A stretch of DNA of 51,505 bases from an uncultured Myxococcales bacterium. Its GTDB lineage: Bacteria; UBA10199; 2-02-FULL-44-16; JAAZCA01. The notes beneath the pieces were generated by a model, which had not been told where the DNA came from, searched no databases, and was given only the letters and a program-made list of their open reading frames with translations. The position numbers were made by a program, and so were the translations under genes. How positions within the stretch are numbered: position 1 is the first letter of the stretch; each line of letters opens with the position of its first letter. This document shows positions 1-11,029 of this stretch, in pieces. The DNA is taken from positions 1 through 51,505 of the forward strand of contig CAYPII010000003.1 of assembly GCA_964410765.1 (NCBI GenBank), in the 5' to 3' direction.

Positions 1-52
1 CGATTGCATCGTCACTCCTCGCCTCTCCTGCACGATCATATCGTGACTACTA

Positions 53-131
53 CAGCTCAGGACATGCTTCGCTGCGGAATCCCCCTTTCGGAAGCGGGTC
101 GGGATATCCTTCGCTAGCGCTCAGGATGACA
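53..131. repeat. REP/MITE-like interspersed element, copy A (composite; core TTCGCTAGCGCTCAGGATGACA at 110-131)
   Basis: Core matches copy B (41195-41217) at about 22 of 25 positions, and both share a GATATCC block. The reverse complement fits the unit TGTCAT-hairpin-ATCC seen at three other loci. Confidence 0.5.
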
Positions 132-149
132 GTGTGTTACCGTTCCGCC

Positions 150-995
150 ATGGCCAAGGTGCGCATCAAGTTCTGGGGGGTGCGCGGATCGATGGCGGCC
201 CCCGGGTCGAAGACGGTGAAGATCGGTGGCAACACTGCCTGCGTCGAGATCGCGGCCGACGGCGCGCACATCATCTGCGACGCGGGCACCGGCATTCGCC
301 CTCTGGGGCAGGATCTACAGCGCCGGATGAAGGGGAAGCGCTGCGAGTCCTTCATCATGCTCTCGCACCTGCACTGGGATCATTATATAGGGCTCCCTTT
401 CTTCGTTCCGCTCTACAGCTCGAAGAACCGCTTCACGATCGCCGGCCCGCGCGCGGCGGGCGAGCCCTTCGGACGCGCCCTCTCGCGCGTGATGCATCCC
501 CCCTACTTCCCGATCCCGGTCAGCGCAATTCCCTCGAAGGTGCGCTTCCGCACGCTGGGCACGCGGCGCTTTCGCATCGGGCCGGTGACGGTGGTGCCGG
601 CGGAGGTCAATCATCCCGGCGGTGCGCTCGGCTGGCGCTTCCAGTTTCCGAATGGCAAGACGCTCGTCCACGTCACCGACGATGAGCCGGGGGATGCGAA
701 GAACCGCGCGCGACTGGTGCGCTGGATGCGCGAGGCCGACCTGCTCATCCACGACGCGCAGTACACGCCGACGACGTATGCCAAGCACATTGGCTGGGGG
801 CACAGCCCGTACACCTATCCGCTGGAACTCGCCGAGGCAGCGGGGATCCCGCGCGTCGTCTTCTTCCACTTCGACCCAGCCGACGACGACCGGCGTATCC
901 TCGGTGTGCAGCGCGACGCGCGCGCCTGGCTGCGCAAGCGGCGTTCGAAAGTGCGCTGCTCGGTCGCACGCGAGGGGGAGACGATCCTCCTCTGA
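150..995 (+). CDS. MBL-fold metallo-hydrolase
   Basis: HLHWDH (HxHxDH) motif and an N-terminal KFWGVRGS typical of this family. The track start at 126 lies inside the ATGACA of the repeat element, so ATG 150 (MAKVRIKFWG) is preferred. Confidence 0.75.
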   Translation: MAKVRIKFWGVRGSMAAPGSKTVKIGGNTACVEIAADGAHIICDAGTGIRPLGQDLQRRMKGKRCESFIMLSHLHWDHYIGLPFFVPLYSSKNRFTIAGPRAAGEPFGRALSRVMHPPYFPIPVSAIPSKVRFRTLGTRRFRIGPVTVVPAEVNHPGGALGWRFQFPNGKTLVHVTDDEPGDAKNRARLVRWMREADLLIHDAQYTPTTYAKHIGWGHSPYTYPLELAEAAGIPRVVFFHFDPADDDRRILGVQRDARAWLRKRRSKVRCSVAREGETILL

Positions 996-1012
996 GCTTT
1001 CTTCCTTCGTCC

Positions 1013-1600
1013 ATGTCCGATCAGATCGCACAGTACTTCGCCCTCCTCCAGAAATGGAATCGGCGGATGAACCTCACCGCAGTGCAGTCGTGGGAGGAGT
1101 TCGAAGGACGCCATCTGCGCGACGCGGAGGAGCTCGCACCGCTCCTGGGTGACGCGCAGACGCTCGTCGACCTGGGGTGCGGTGCGGGGCTGCCCGGCAT
1201 CCTGCTCAAGATACTCCAGCCGGAGTGCGACGTGGTCCTGCTCGATGCGACGCGCAAGAAGGTCGCCTTCTGCGAGGCGGCGATCCGCGATCTGGAACTC
1301 ACGGGAATTCTCGCCGAACAGGGGCGTGCGGAGGAGGTGGCGGTGCAGGAGCGCCTGGGGAGCTTCGATGCGATCGTCTCACGGGCGACCTGGTCGCTGC
1401 GAGACTATCTCACAGTTGCACGCCCCTACTGCCGGGCGGGGGGCGCGCTCTTTGCGCTGAAGGGCCCACGCTGTGAGGATGAGCTGGCGGCGGCAGACGA
1501 AATCATTGCAAGTGCTGGATATCAATTAAGAAAACGACACGACTACGCCATCGTCGGCGACGGGGGCGCACGCACGATCCTCTGCTTCGAAACCAAGTAA
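1013..1600 (+). CDS. rsmG: 16S rRNA (guanine527-N7)-methyltransferase RsmG/GidB
   Basis: N-terminus LLQKWNRRMNLTAV, SAM motif DLGCGAGLPGI, about 195 aa, and the classic position upstream of parAB. Confidence 0.85.
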   Translation: MSDQIAQYFALLQKWNRRMNLTAVQSWEEFEGRHLRDAEELAPLLGDAQTLVDLGCGAGLPGILLKILQPECDVVLLDATRKKVAFCEAAIRDLELTGILAEQGRAEEVAVQERLGSFDAIVSRATWSLRDYLTVARPYCRAGGALFALKGPRCEDELAAADEIIASAGYQLRKRHDYAIVGDGGARTILCFETK

Positions 1601-1640
1601 GTAATTGTAATTATTAATAAAAAACTAAAATCTCCCGAAA

Positions 1641-1656
1641 TTGTTTCACGTGAAAC
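1641..1656. promoter_or_regulatory. parS: parS site (perfect 16-bp palindrome TGTTTCACGTGAAACA)
   Basis: Exact match to the canonical parS consensus, located in the AT-rich rsmG-parA spacer. Confidence 0.85.
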
Positions 1657-1692
1657 ATTTCGAGAATGGCGGACGTTTCTCGCTGAGAAAAA

Positions 1693-1708
1693 TGTTTCAC
1701 GTGAAACA
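1693..1708. promoter_or_regulatory. parS: parS site (identical TGTTTCACGTGAAACA)
   Basis: Second identical copy, 52 bp after the first. Confidence 0.85.
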
Positions 1709-1816
1709 ATTCCCGATTCGTGAGCAAAAAGCGGGCCACTTTTGCTTCTGGTATTGCACAAATGACCTTGAATTTTTCCCATTCGGATTCTAAAACGAAC
1801 TCCACGTGGAGGTCCC

Positions 1817-2581
1817 ATGGCCGAAATCATCGCGATCTGCAATCAGAAGGGCGGCGTCGGAAAGACGACGACGGCGATCAATCTCTCGGCGGCGCTTGCG
1901 GCGGCCGAACGGCGGACCCTCCTCATCGACCTCGACGCCCAGGGAAACGCGACGACCGGGATGGGGATCGATAAACACACCGTCGAGCAGAGCATCTACC
2001 ACGCCCTCCTCGAAGAATCACAGCTTCCTGCGATCATGCGCGAGACAGAGCTCAAGCACCTACGCATCGTCCCCTCAAACACATCGCTCGTCGGGGCCGA
2101 GGTCGAGCTCGTCGGGAGTGTTTCACGTGAAACACGTCTGCAGCGTGCGCTCGAAACGGTCGCCGGCGATTTCGACTACATCATAATCGACTGTCCCCCA
2201 TCACTGGGGCTTCTGACCCTCAACGCGCTTGTGGCGGCGACTTCAGTCCTCATCCCCGTCCAGTGCGAGTACTACGCGATGGAGGGGATGGCCGACCTTC
2301 ATCGGACGATCGCTCTCGTGCGCAACCGCCTCAATCCGAACCTGGCCGTCCGCGGGATCGTCCTGACGATGTTCGATGCGCGAAACAACCTCGCGCGACA
2401 GGTCCAGCAGGAGATGCGCGAGCACTTCGAACGGGCGGTCTTCCAGGTCGTCATCCCGCGCAACGTCCGGTTGAGCGAGGCGCCGAGCCATGGCAAGCCG
2501 ATCCTCTTATACGACGTGACGTCGAAGGGGGCGCAGAGCTACTTCGAGCTCGCGCGCGAGGTCCTGGCGACGGCGGAATAG
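1817..2581 (+). CDS. parA: Chromosome partitioning ATPase ParA/Soj
   Basis: Deviant Walker A NQKGGVGKTTTAINL, 254 aa, followed by parB. SD GGAGG lies upstream. Confidence 0.93.
   Translation: MAEIIAICNQKGGVGKTTTAINLSAALAAAERRTLLIDLDAQGNATTGMGIDKHTVEQSIYHALLEESQLPAIMRETELKHLRIVPSNTSLVGAEVELVGSVSRETRLQRALETVAGDFDYIIIDCPPSLGLLTLNALVAATSVLIPVQCEYYAMEGMADLHRTIALVRNRLNPNLAVRGIVLTMFDARNNLARQVQQEMREHFERAVFQVVIPRNVRLSEAPSHGKPILLYDVTSKGAQSYFELAREVLATAE
2119..2134. promoter_or_regulatory. parS: parS site inside the parA coding sequence
   Basis: Third identical TGTTTCACGTGAAACA copy, read as codons VSRET within parA. Confidence 0.8.
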
Positions 2582-2618
2582 CATAATTATCTGATATCAT
2601 TAATCTATTGGAGGTTTC

Positions 2619-3485
2619 ATGCAACAGAAGAGAGGCCTGGGCCGTGGCATCGAGTCGCTCATTCCGCCGTCCGTCACGCAGACGAAGTCCGAGTCAGACG
2701 AGGGGAGCGGCTATCGCTTCGTGCCGATCGCTGCGGTCGTCCCCAATCGCCTGCAGCCGCGCACGGTCTTCGACGAGGAGAAGCTGCGCGAGCTCGCCGA
2801 TTCCATCCGTGAGCAGGGGGTCCTTCAGCCGCTGGCGGTGACAAAACGCGCAGACGGCCGCTATGAGCTGATCGCCGGCGAACGACGCCTGCGCGCCTCG
2901 CGGCTCGCCGAACTCGAGGAGGTGCCGGTCGTCGTCCGCAACGTCGACGACGAGCGGCTCCTCGCCCTCTCTATCATCGAGAACATCCAGCGCGAGGACC
3001 TCAACCCGATCGAGGAGGCGCGCGCCTTTCAGGAGCTCGTCGATCAATTCGACTGCTCGCAGGAGGAGGTCGCCCAGCGCGTCGGCCGCTCGCGCGCGGC
3101 GGTTGCCAACAGCCTGCGCCTGCTCACCCTCCCCCGCGTCGTGCAGGAGGATGTCGCCAACGGCCGCTACTCGGCGGGGCACGCGCGCGCGATCCTCGGC
3201 GTGAAGGGTCTTCACGAGCAGCTCAAGCTCCGCGAGCGCATCATTCGCGAGGTTCCGACGGTGCGCGACGTGGAAAAGATGGTGCAGTCGTTCCGGACGG
3301 GTGATAAGAAGAGCGTCCGCCGGGCGGCGCCGCTCTCGCCGCAGATGAACGCCGTCATCGAGGAGCTCAAGCGCACGCTCGGCACGAAGGTCGCCCTGGA
3401 GCAGAAGGGCAGCGGCGGCCGGCTGATCATCGAGTTCTATTCGGGCGAGGATCTCAACCGCGTCGTCCGGTGTATCACCGGGTGA
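2619..3485 (+). CDS. parB: Chromosome partitioning protein ParB/Spo0J
   Basis: N-terminal GLGRGIESLIP, the GERRLRAS CTP-binding box and an HTH region. 288 aa. Confidence 0.93.
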   Translation: MQQKRGLGRGIESLIPPSVTQTKSESDEGSGYRFVPIAAVVPNRLQPRTVFDEEKLRELADSIREQGVLQPLAVTKRADGRYELIAGERRLRASRLAELEEVPVVVRNVDDERLLALSIIENIQREDLNPIEEARAFQELVDQFDCSQEEVAQRVGRSRAAVANSLRLLTLPRVVQEDVANGRYSAGHARAILGVKGLHEQLKLRERIIREVPTVRDVEKMVQSFRTGDKKSVRRAAPLSPQMNAVIEELKRTLGTKVALEQKGSGGRLIIEFYSGEDLNRVVRCITG

Positions 3486-3510
3486 ACGGGCGATCCGCCG
3501 AGGAGGGGTG

Positions 3511-3930
3511 ATGAAACGTGACCGGGATACACAGCAGCTCAACGGCCTGATCGACCGCGGGTGCACGCTGGAGGGGAAGCTCACCTTCGACGGCGCCGTG
3601 CAGATCAACGGCAACTTCCAGGGGGAGATCCTCTCGGACGGGACGCTCGTCGTCGGCAACGAGGCGCAAATCGAGGGGCGCATCAACGTCCACGCCGTCA
3701 TCGTCGAGGGGAACATCTCCGGGACGATCGAGGCGAAGGGGCGCATCGAAATGCGCCGCGGCAGCCGCGTCGTTGCCGAGGTCGCCACGCCCTCGTTCGT
3801 CATCGACGAAGGGGCGATCTTCCACGGGCAGTGCCGGATGCTCGAGGAGGGGTGCGAGGGTATTGCGGGGCAGCCGACCGAGGGCGACGGGGTCTTCCTC
3901 CAGGAGGGGGATGACTCGCTGATGATGTGA
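3511..3930 (+). CDS. Bactofilin (polymer-forming cytoskeletal protein, DUF583)
   Basis: Repetitive beta-helix pattern G.L.V.G...G.I....V.V.G...G.I with a C-terminal FHGQC. ATG 3511 follows SD AGGAGGGG; the track start 3508 is a GTG. Confidence 0.8.
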   Translation: MKRDRDTQQLNGLIDRGCTLEGKLTFDGAVQINGNFQGEILSDGTLVVGNEAQIEGRINVHAVIVEGNISGTIEAKGRIEMRRGSRVVAEVATPSFVIDEGAIFHGQCRMLEEGCEGIAGQPTEGDGVFLQEGDDSLMM

Positions 3931-4382
3931 TGGAACACACGCTCCACATCGTCCCCGATTGGACGCTGGCGGTCGAGCTCGCCATCTTTCTCGCCTCCTT
4001 CGCGCTCCTGCACTACGGGGTCTTTCGTCCGGCGCTCAAGGTCCTCGACCGGCGGCGACGGATGACGACGGAGGCGACGGCGAAGGCCGAGGTGCTGACG
4101 GCCGAGGCGGACGCGCTGGAGGCCGGGCACGACGATGCCGTCTCCAAGGCGCTGATAAGCTTCCAGGCCGGTCGGGCTCGGCGCATTCACGACGCGCACC
4201 TGAAGGCGGAGGCGATGGTGGCGGAGTCGCGCCAGGAAGCGCAGTGGTTCATGGAGACGACGGATATGTTCATCGAGTCGTCGGAGGAGTCGATCATCGC
4301 CGAGATGAATGCTCGCGCCGAGGAGCTGGCGCAGGAGATCAAGCGGAGCATCGTCGAGGGGCGGCCTCTTGCGGCGCACTGA
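3930..4382 (+). CDS. F-type ATP synthase Fo subunit b' (b-like paralog)
   Basis: One N-terminal TM helix then a long charged helix, in the position before atpF. The ATG overlaps the bactofilin stop (TGATG). Confidence 0.7.
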   Translation: MEHTLHIVPDWTLAVELAIFLASFALLHYGVFRPALKVLDRRRRMTTEATAKAEVLTAEADALEAGHDDAVSKALISFQAGRARRIHDAHLKAEAMVAESRQEAQWFMETTDMFIESSEESIIAEMNARAEELAQEIKRSIVEGRPLAAH

Positions 4383-4404
4383 GTTCTGACGGGGGAATCC
4401 ATAC

Positions 4405-4923
4405 GTGGTGGGCAAGTCGAGCCTCCTCTACGGCTGGATCAACTTCCTGCTCCTCACCGGGGTGGTCTTCCTCCTGCTGCGTCCCATCGCACAGCACTTC
4501 TTCTTCGCCCGCCGCAACCAGATCAAACGCGAGATCGAGCGCTCGCTGGATGCGCTGAAACGGGCGAAGGCCCGCATGCGCCGTTGTCGCGAGCGCGACG
4601 AGACGCTCGAGCGTGACATCGACGGGCGCCGCCGCGCAATCGAGGCGGGGTGCGCAAAGGAGTGCGAGGCGATCCTCGTGGAGGCGCGCCGCAAACAGCA
4701 ACATGTTCTGGCGGGCGCCACCCGCCAGTCCGAGGACGAACGCGCGCGCGCTATGAAGCTGGTGAAGCGGCGCATCCTCATCGACGCCTTCCGCCGCGCG
4801 GAGGGTGAGCTGCGCGACGAGATGACACCGGAGCTCGCCGAGCGCCTTGTCACACAGGGGATCGAGGCGCTCGTGCGCGAGCGACCGTTCGCGGTGTCGG
4901 CGGGAACGGAGGGGGAGCGATAA
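4405..4923 (+). CDS. atpF: F-type ATP synthase Fo subunit b
   Basis: N-terminal TM (INFLLLTGVVFLLL) followed by a charged coiled coil. It directly precedes atpH. GTG start. Confidence 0.8.
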   Translation: MVGKSSLLYGWINFLLLTGVVFLLLRPIAQHFFFARRNQIKREIERSLDALKRAKARMRRCRERDETLERDIDGRRRAIEAGCAKECEAILVEARRKQQHVLAGATRQSEDERARAMKLVKRRILIDAFRRAEGELRDEMTPELAERLVTQGIEALVRERPFAVSAGTEGER

Positions 4924-5462
4924 TGCGCACACCGGCTGTCGCACAGCGCTACGGCAAGGCCGCCTTCGAGCTCGCGATCGAGGAGGGGGCGGTCGAGGCG
5001 CTCGCGTGCGATATCGCTGGTCTCGATGCCGCGCTGGAAGGGCTGCCGGCGATCGTCGCCGCGCTCTCCGACGAGCGAGTCGATCGCGTTCGCCGCGAAG
5101 CGGTCGCGCGCGCGATCGCCGACGATCTGGGGCTGGGGACGATCGGCCGCAACCTCGCGTTGGTACTTTTGCAGCGCGATCGCGCCGCACTCCTCCCCGC
5201 CGTCGTGCGCGATATCGCGGCGCGGTTGCGCGCGCGTGAGCGCCTCCTGTTGGCGCACGCGCAGGTGGCCGACGGGCGGTTTGCCCCGGAGTTGGCGCGT
5301 CATCTCGAGGAGACGCTCTCGGAGGCGCTCGCCGGCCGGGTGCGCTGCGAGGTGCGCGAGAAGCCCTCGCTCATCGGGGGCTTCACCGTCGCGATTGGCG
5401 ACGAACACTTCGACGCGAGCGTCAAGGGGCGCTTCGCCCGGATGAAGGAGCGACTCCTGTAG
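4923..5462 (+). CDS. atpH: F-type ATP synthase subunit delta (OSCP)
   Basis: N-terminal AQRYGKAAFELA and C-terminal LIGGF.V.IGD, typical of delta. TAATG overlap with atpF. Confidence 0.88.
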   Translation: MRTPAVAQRYGKAAFELAIEEGAVEALACDIAGLDAALEGLPAIVAALSDERVDRVRREAVARAIADDLGLGTIGRNLALVLLQRDRAALLPAVVRDIAARLRARERLLLAHAQVADGRFAPELARHLEETLSEALAGRVRCEVREKPSLIGGFTVAIGDEHFDASVKGRFARMKERLL

Positions 5463-5492
5463 GGGAAACCGTCGGGAGATCGGACACGCGCT

Positions 5493-7010
5493 ATGGAGAT
5501 ACGTCTGGACGAGATCAGCCGGATCATCAAGGAGCAGATCCGCGATTACGATTCCGCGCCGGTCGCCAGCGAGACCGGGCAGATCATCTCGGTGGGTGAC
5601 GGCATCGCGAACGTCTACGGCCTCTCCGGTGCGATGTCCGGCGAGCTCGTCGAATTCCCCGGCGAGATCGCCGGGATCGTCCTCAACCTCGAGGAGGACC
5701 TCGTCGGTATCGCGATCATGGGCGAGGATGCGACGCTGCGCGAGGGGGACGAGGTGCGCCGCACCGGGTGCATCGCCTCCGTTCCCGTCGGTGACGGTGT
5801 GGTCGGCCGCGTCCTCGACGCGCTCGGCAATCCGATCGACGGGGAAGGGTCGCTGGAAAACGTCCAGCTCGCGAAGATCGAACGCCGCGCGCCGGGGATC
5901 ATCGAGCGCCGCCCGGTGCACGAGGCGCTGATGACCGGCCTCAAGGCGATCGACTCGATGATCCCGATCGGTCGCGGCCAACGCGAGCTGATCATCGGCG
6001 ATCGGCAGACGGGCAAGACGGCGATCGCGATCGACACGATCCTCAATCAGAAGGGGAAGGGCGTGCACTGCCTCTACGTGGCGATTGGGCAGAAGGCCTC
6101 GACGGTGGCGCGCGTCGTCGACAAGCTTACCGCCGAGGAGGCGATGGCGTACACGACGGTGATCGTCGCCGGCGCGGCCGACCCGGCCACACTGCAGTAC
6201 CTCGCTCCCTACGCCGGCGTGACGATGGGGGAATACTTCCGCGACGGGGGGCGGCACGCGCTCATCGTCTACGACGATCTCTCGAAGCATGCCGTCGCCT
6301 ACCGCCAGCTCTCGCTCCTGCTCCGCCGGCCGCCGGGTCGCGAGGCCTATCCGGGAGACATCTTCTACCTGCATGCGCGCCTGCTCGAGCGCGCTGCGAA
6401 GCTCTCGGAGGCGCGCGGCGGTGGGTCGCTCACCGCGCTTCCAATCGTTGAGACGCAGGAGGGCGACGTCTCCGCGTACATTCCGACGAACATCATCTCG
6501 ATCACCGACGGGCAGATATACCTCGAGCCCGCGCTCTTCTACGCGGGTGTGCGCCCCGCGGTGAACGTCGGCCTCTCCGTCTCGCGCGTGGGCGGGGCGG
6601 CACAGCCGAAGGCAATGAAGCAGGTTGCCGCATCGCTGCGAATCGATTTGGCGCGCTACCGCGAGATCGCCTCCTTCGCGCAGTTCGGCGCGGAGCTCGA
6701 CGAGGCGACGCGTCAGCAGATCGTTCGCGGCGAGCGGCTGGTGGAAGTCCTCAAGCAGCGGCAGTACGACCCGCTGCCGATGGCGGTGCAGGTGGTGCAG
6801 CTCTACGCGGGCGTCTCCGGAAAGCTCGACGAGATCGAGCCGCGGATGGTCGTCCCCTTCCTGCAGGGTTTTTTGCATCACGTGGAGGAGCGGCACCCGG
6901 AGCTGTTCGGCCGCATCGAGCGCACCGACGAGCTGGGCGCACAGGAGGTGCGCGAGCTCAACTCGGCGCTCGACGAATTTCGCAAACAGTTTCTCCCCGG
7001 GGAGCGTTGA
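5493..7010 (+). CDS. atpA: F-type ATP synthase subunit alpha
   Basis: Walker A GDRQTGKT, 505 aa, and canonical alpha sequence throughout. Confidence 0.97.
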   Translation: MEIRLDEISRIIKEQIRDYDSAPVASETGQIISVGDGIANVYGLSGAMSGELVEFPGEIAGIVLNLEEDLVGIAIMGEDATLREGDEVRRTGCIASVPVGDGVVGRVLDALGNPIDGEGSLENVQLAKIERRAPGIIERRPVHEALMTGLKAIDSMIPIGRGQRELIIGDRQTGKTAIAIDTILNQKGKGVHCLYVAIGQKASTVARVVDKLTAEEAMAYTTVIVAGAADPATLQYLAPYAGVTMGEYFRDGGRHALIVYDDLSKHAVAYRQLSLLLRRPPGREAYPGDIFYLHARLLERAAKLSEARGGGSLTALPIVETQEGDVSAYIPTNIISITDGQIYLEPALFYAGVRPAVNVGLSVSRVGGAAQPKAMKQVAASLRIDLARYREIASFAQFGAELDEATRQQIVRGERLVEVLKQRQYDPLPMAVQVVQLYAGVSGKLDEIEPRMVVPFLQGFLHHVEERHPELFGRIERTDELGAQEVRELNSALDEFRKQFLPGER

Positions 7011-7015
7011 CAACG

Positions 7016-9323
<2,308 letters not shown>

Positions 9324-9329
9324 GGGGGG

Positions 9330-9608
9330 ATGGTGCACCTGCGGGTGATGACGAAAAAACAGCTGCTCGTCGACGCGGAGATCGCGGCGGTGACGCTCCC
9401 CTGCTGCGCGGGGGAGCGCACGGTGCTCCCGGGGCACGACCTGTTGCTCACCGAGCTCGTGCCGGGCGTCGTGCGCTATCGGACGGCAGACGACCCCGGC
9501 CGGCGGCACGCCCTGGAGGTGCGCATGGGATGCGCGGAGGTGACGCATGCCGCGATACAGGTCTTCGTCACCGCGGGCAAGGTGATCGATGCACACGAAG
9601 GAGGATGA
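9330..9608 (+). CDS. atpC: F-type ATP synthase subunit epsilon, short form (beta-sandwich only)
   Basis: Pattern L.V.T....L.....I..V.LP...GE..VLPGH..L...L.PG, but only 92 aa. It ends where the C-terminal helical hairpin normally begins. Confidence 0.8.
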   Translation: MVHLRVMTKKQLLVDAEIAAVTLPCCAGERTVLPGHDLLLTELVPGVVRYRTADDPGRRHALEVRMGCAEVTHAAIQVFVTAGKVIDAHEGG

Positions 9609-9609
9609 C

Positions 9610-10272
9610 GTGAACGGACGACAGGAGAAGACGACGGCGGAGCGCGGCGACCTGGATCGACTCATCGGGGCTCTGCGCGACGAGGGGGTGGAGAAGGGGC
9701 GACGTGAGGCGGAGCGCATCATCGAGGAGGCAAAGCGCCAGGCGGCATCGATCGTCGAAGAGGCGCGCACCGAATCGGAGGCGCTCGTCGCCGAGGCGCA
9801 CCGCAAGGCGCAGGAGACGAACGACCGACTCGAGCAGCAGCTCACGCTCGCACTCCGCGACTTCCTGCTCAAGGCGAAGGCGCAGCTCGAGGAGCTCATC
9901 GCGATCAAGCCGCTGCGGGAGAAGGCGAAGGAGGCCTTCGCCGATCCGCAGTTCATGAAGCAGCTCATCGCCGAGATCGTGCAGACGTATCTGAAGCGCG
10001 CCGACGCGCCGCAGTCACATCAGATCCAGATCACGATCCCGAAGGAGATGCGCGAGGATTTCGTCACGGAGTGGATCAAGCTCATGCGCGAGGAGCTGCA
10101 CCTGCACGCGGGGCTCCACACAGAGCGCGGGCTGCACGGCTTCAAGCTCTCCGCGGAGGGGGCGGGGGGCGAGCTGGTCGTCGATGACGAGTCGATCATC
10201 GAGCTGTTGCGCCCCTTCATCTCGGAGCGCTTTCACTATCTGCTGGATGAGGGAAAGCTGCCAAAGGACTGA
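9610..10272 (+). CDS. ntpE: V/A-type ATPase subunit E
   Basis: Long charged N-terminal helix (EAERIIEEAKRQAASIVEEA) plus a C-terminal globular part (GFKLSAEGAGGELVVDDESIIELL). GTG 9610 follows SD AAGGAGG (9597-9603) one nt after the atpC stop; alternative ATG at 9589. Confidence 0.75.
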   Translation: MNGRQEKTTAERGDLDRLIGALRDEGVEKGRREAERIIEEAKRQAASIVEEARTESEALVAEAHRKAQETNDRLEQQLTLALRDFLLKAKAQLEELIAIKPLREKAKEAFADPQFMKQLIAEIVQTYLKRADAPQSHQIQITIPKEMREDFVTEWIKLMREELHLHAGLHTERGLHGFKLSAEGAGGELVVDDESIIELLRPFISERFHYLLDEGKLPKD

Positions 10273-10330
10273 TGCTTGTCATCACCGAGTGATTCTATCG
10301 GGGCTTGTCCTCGAAGGCAAAAAAGAGATT

Positions 10331-11026
10331 ATGGCTTACGAATACCTCTTCGCAGCACTCCCTCCTTTGCCCGCGCGCCTCGGTGGCGACGTGTCGGTCG
10401 AGCCGCGCGCGCTCGCCGAGGCCTTCCGGCTCGAGGGGGGTGCGGCGGGGGTGCTCGGGCGCGAGCTGCTGATGCGCTTCGACCTCGCGGCGCTCGAGCG
10501 CATCGCGATGGGGGGCGAGCCGGGGGAGACCGCGCTCTTCTCGCCGGAGGCGATCGCCGATCGACAGGGGCTGCCGCACTGGCTCGCGGAGGCGCTCGCG
10601 GCAATCGAGCGCGAGGAGGGGGAGGGCTTCGCCTTCGACGCGATCTGGTCGGCGGCCTATCGCCACGCCCTCGACCGCGCGAGCGCGATCGGCTGTGCGT
10701 TCCTGATGCGCTGGATCCCGTGGGAGGGGGGGCTGCGTGCCGCGCTCGCCGTGCACCGCGCGCGCGCGATGGAGATCGATCCGGAGCAAGCTGTGCCGGC
10801 CGGCCTCCCCGCCTTGCCGGAGCGCGAGTACAAGACGGCGGTCGAGGGGCTGACCTCGATCGAGGAGCGCGACGGCGACTGGCGCGAGCGCGACCGATTC
10901 GTCGTCGGCCGGATGCTCGATCGCGCGCGCGACTGGGCGCCCCCCTATTCGTTCGACCTCGACGAGCTGATGGGCTACGTCGTGCAATTCATCATCCTGA
11001 AGCAGCACGCCTATCTGAAGGAATGA
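10331..11026 (+). CDS. DUF2764-like protein in the V-ATPase operon (possible C/d-subunit analogue)
   Basis: It occupies the slot between E and A, as in Bacteroidota/Chlamydia-type V-ATPase operons. The N-terminal Y.YLFAALPPLP resembles DUF2764 from memory. The track ORF start at 10184 overlaps ntpE and is rejected. Confidence 0.6.
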   Translation: MAYEYLFAALPPLPARLGGDVSVEPRALAEAFRLEGGAAGVLGRELLMRFDLAALERIAMGGEPGETALFSPEAIADRQGLPHWLAEALAAIEREEGEGFAFDAIWSAAYRHALDRASAIGCAFLMRWIPWEGGLRAALAVHRARAMEIDPEQAVPAGLPALPEREYKTAVEGLTSIEERDGDWRERDRFVVGRMLDRARDWAPPYSFDLDELMGYVVQFIILKQHAYLKE

Positions 11027-11029
11027 GCT

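Noticed and set aside
126-149. Track start codon of the MBL-fold gene at 126.
   Set aside because: The ATG belongs to the ATGACA terminus of the repeat element. Family members start close to the KFWGVRGS motif, so ATG 150 is preferred.
1601-1816. Possible replication origin, because of the rsmG-parAB context and an AT-rich stretch.
   Set aside because: I could not find a cluster of DnaA boxes (TTATCCACA-like) here. The AT-rich DNA is adequately explained as a promoter and parS region.
1641-2134. Repeated GTTTCACGTGAAAC copies considered as a CRISPR-like or other array.
   Set aside because: There are only three copies with irregular spacing. Each is a perfect palindrome matching parS, and one lies inside a conserved gene.
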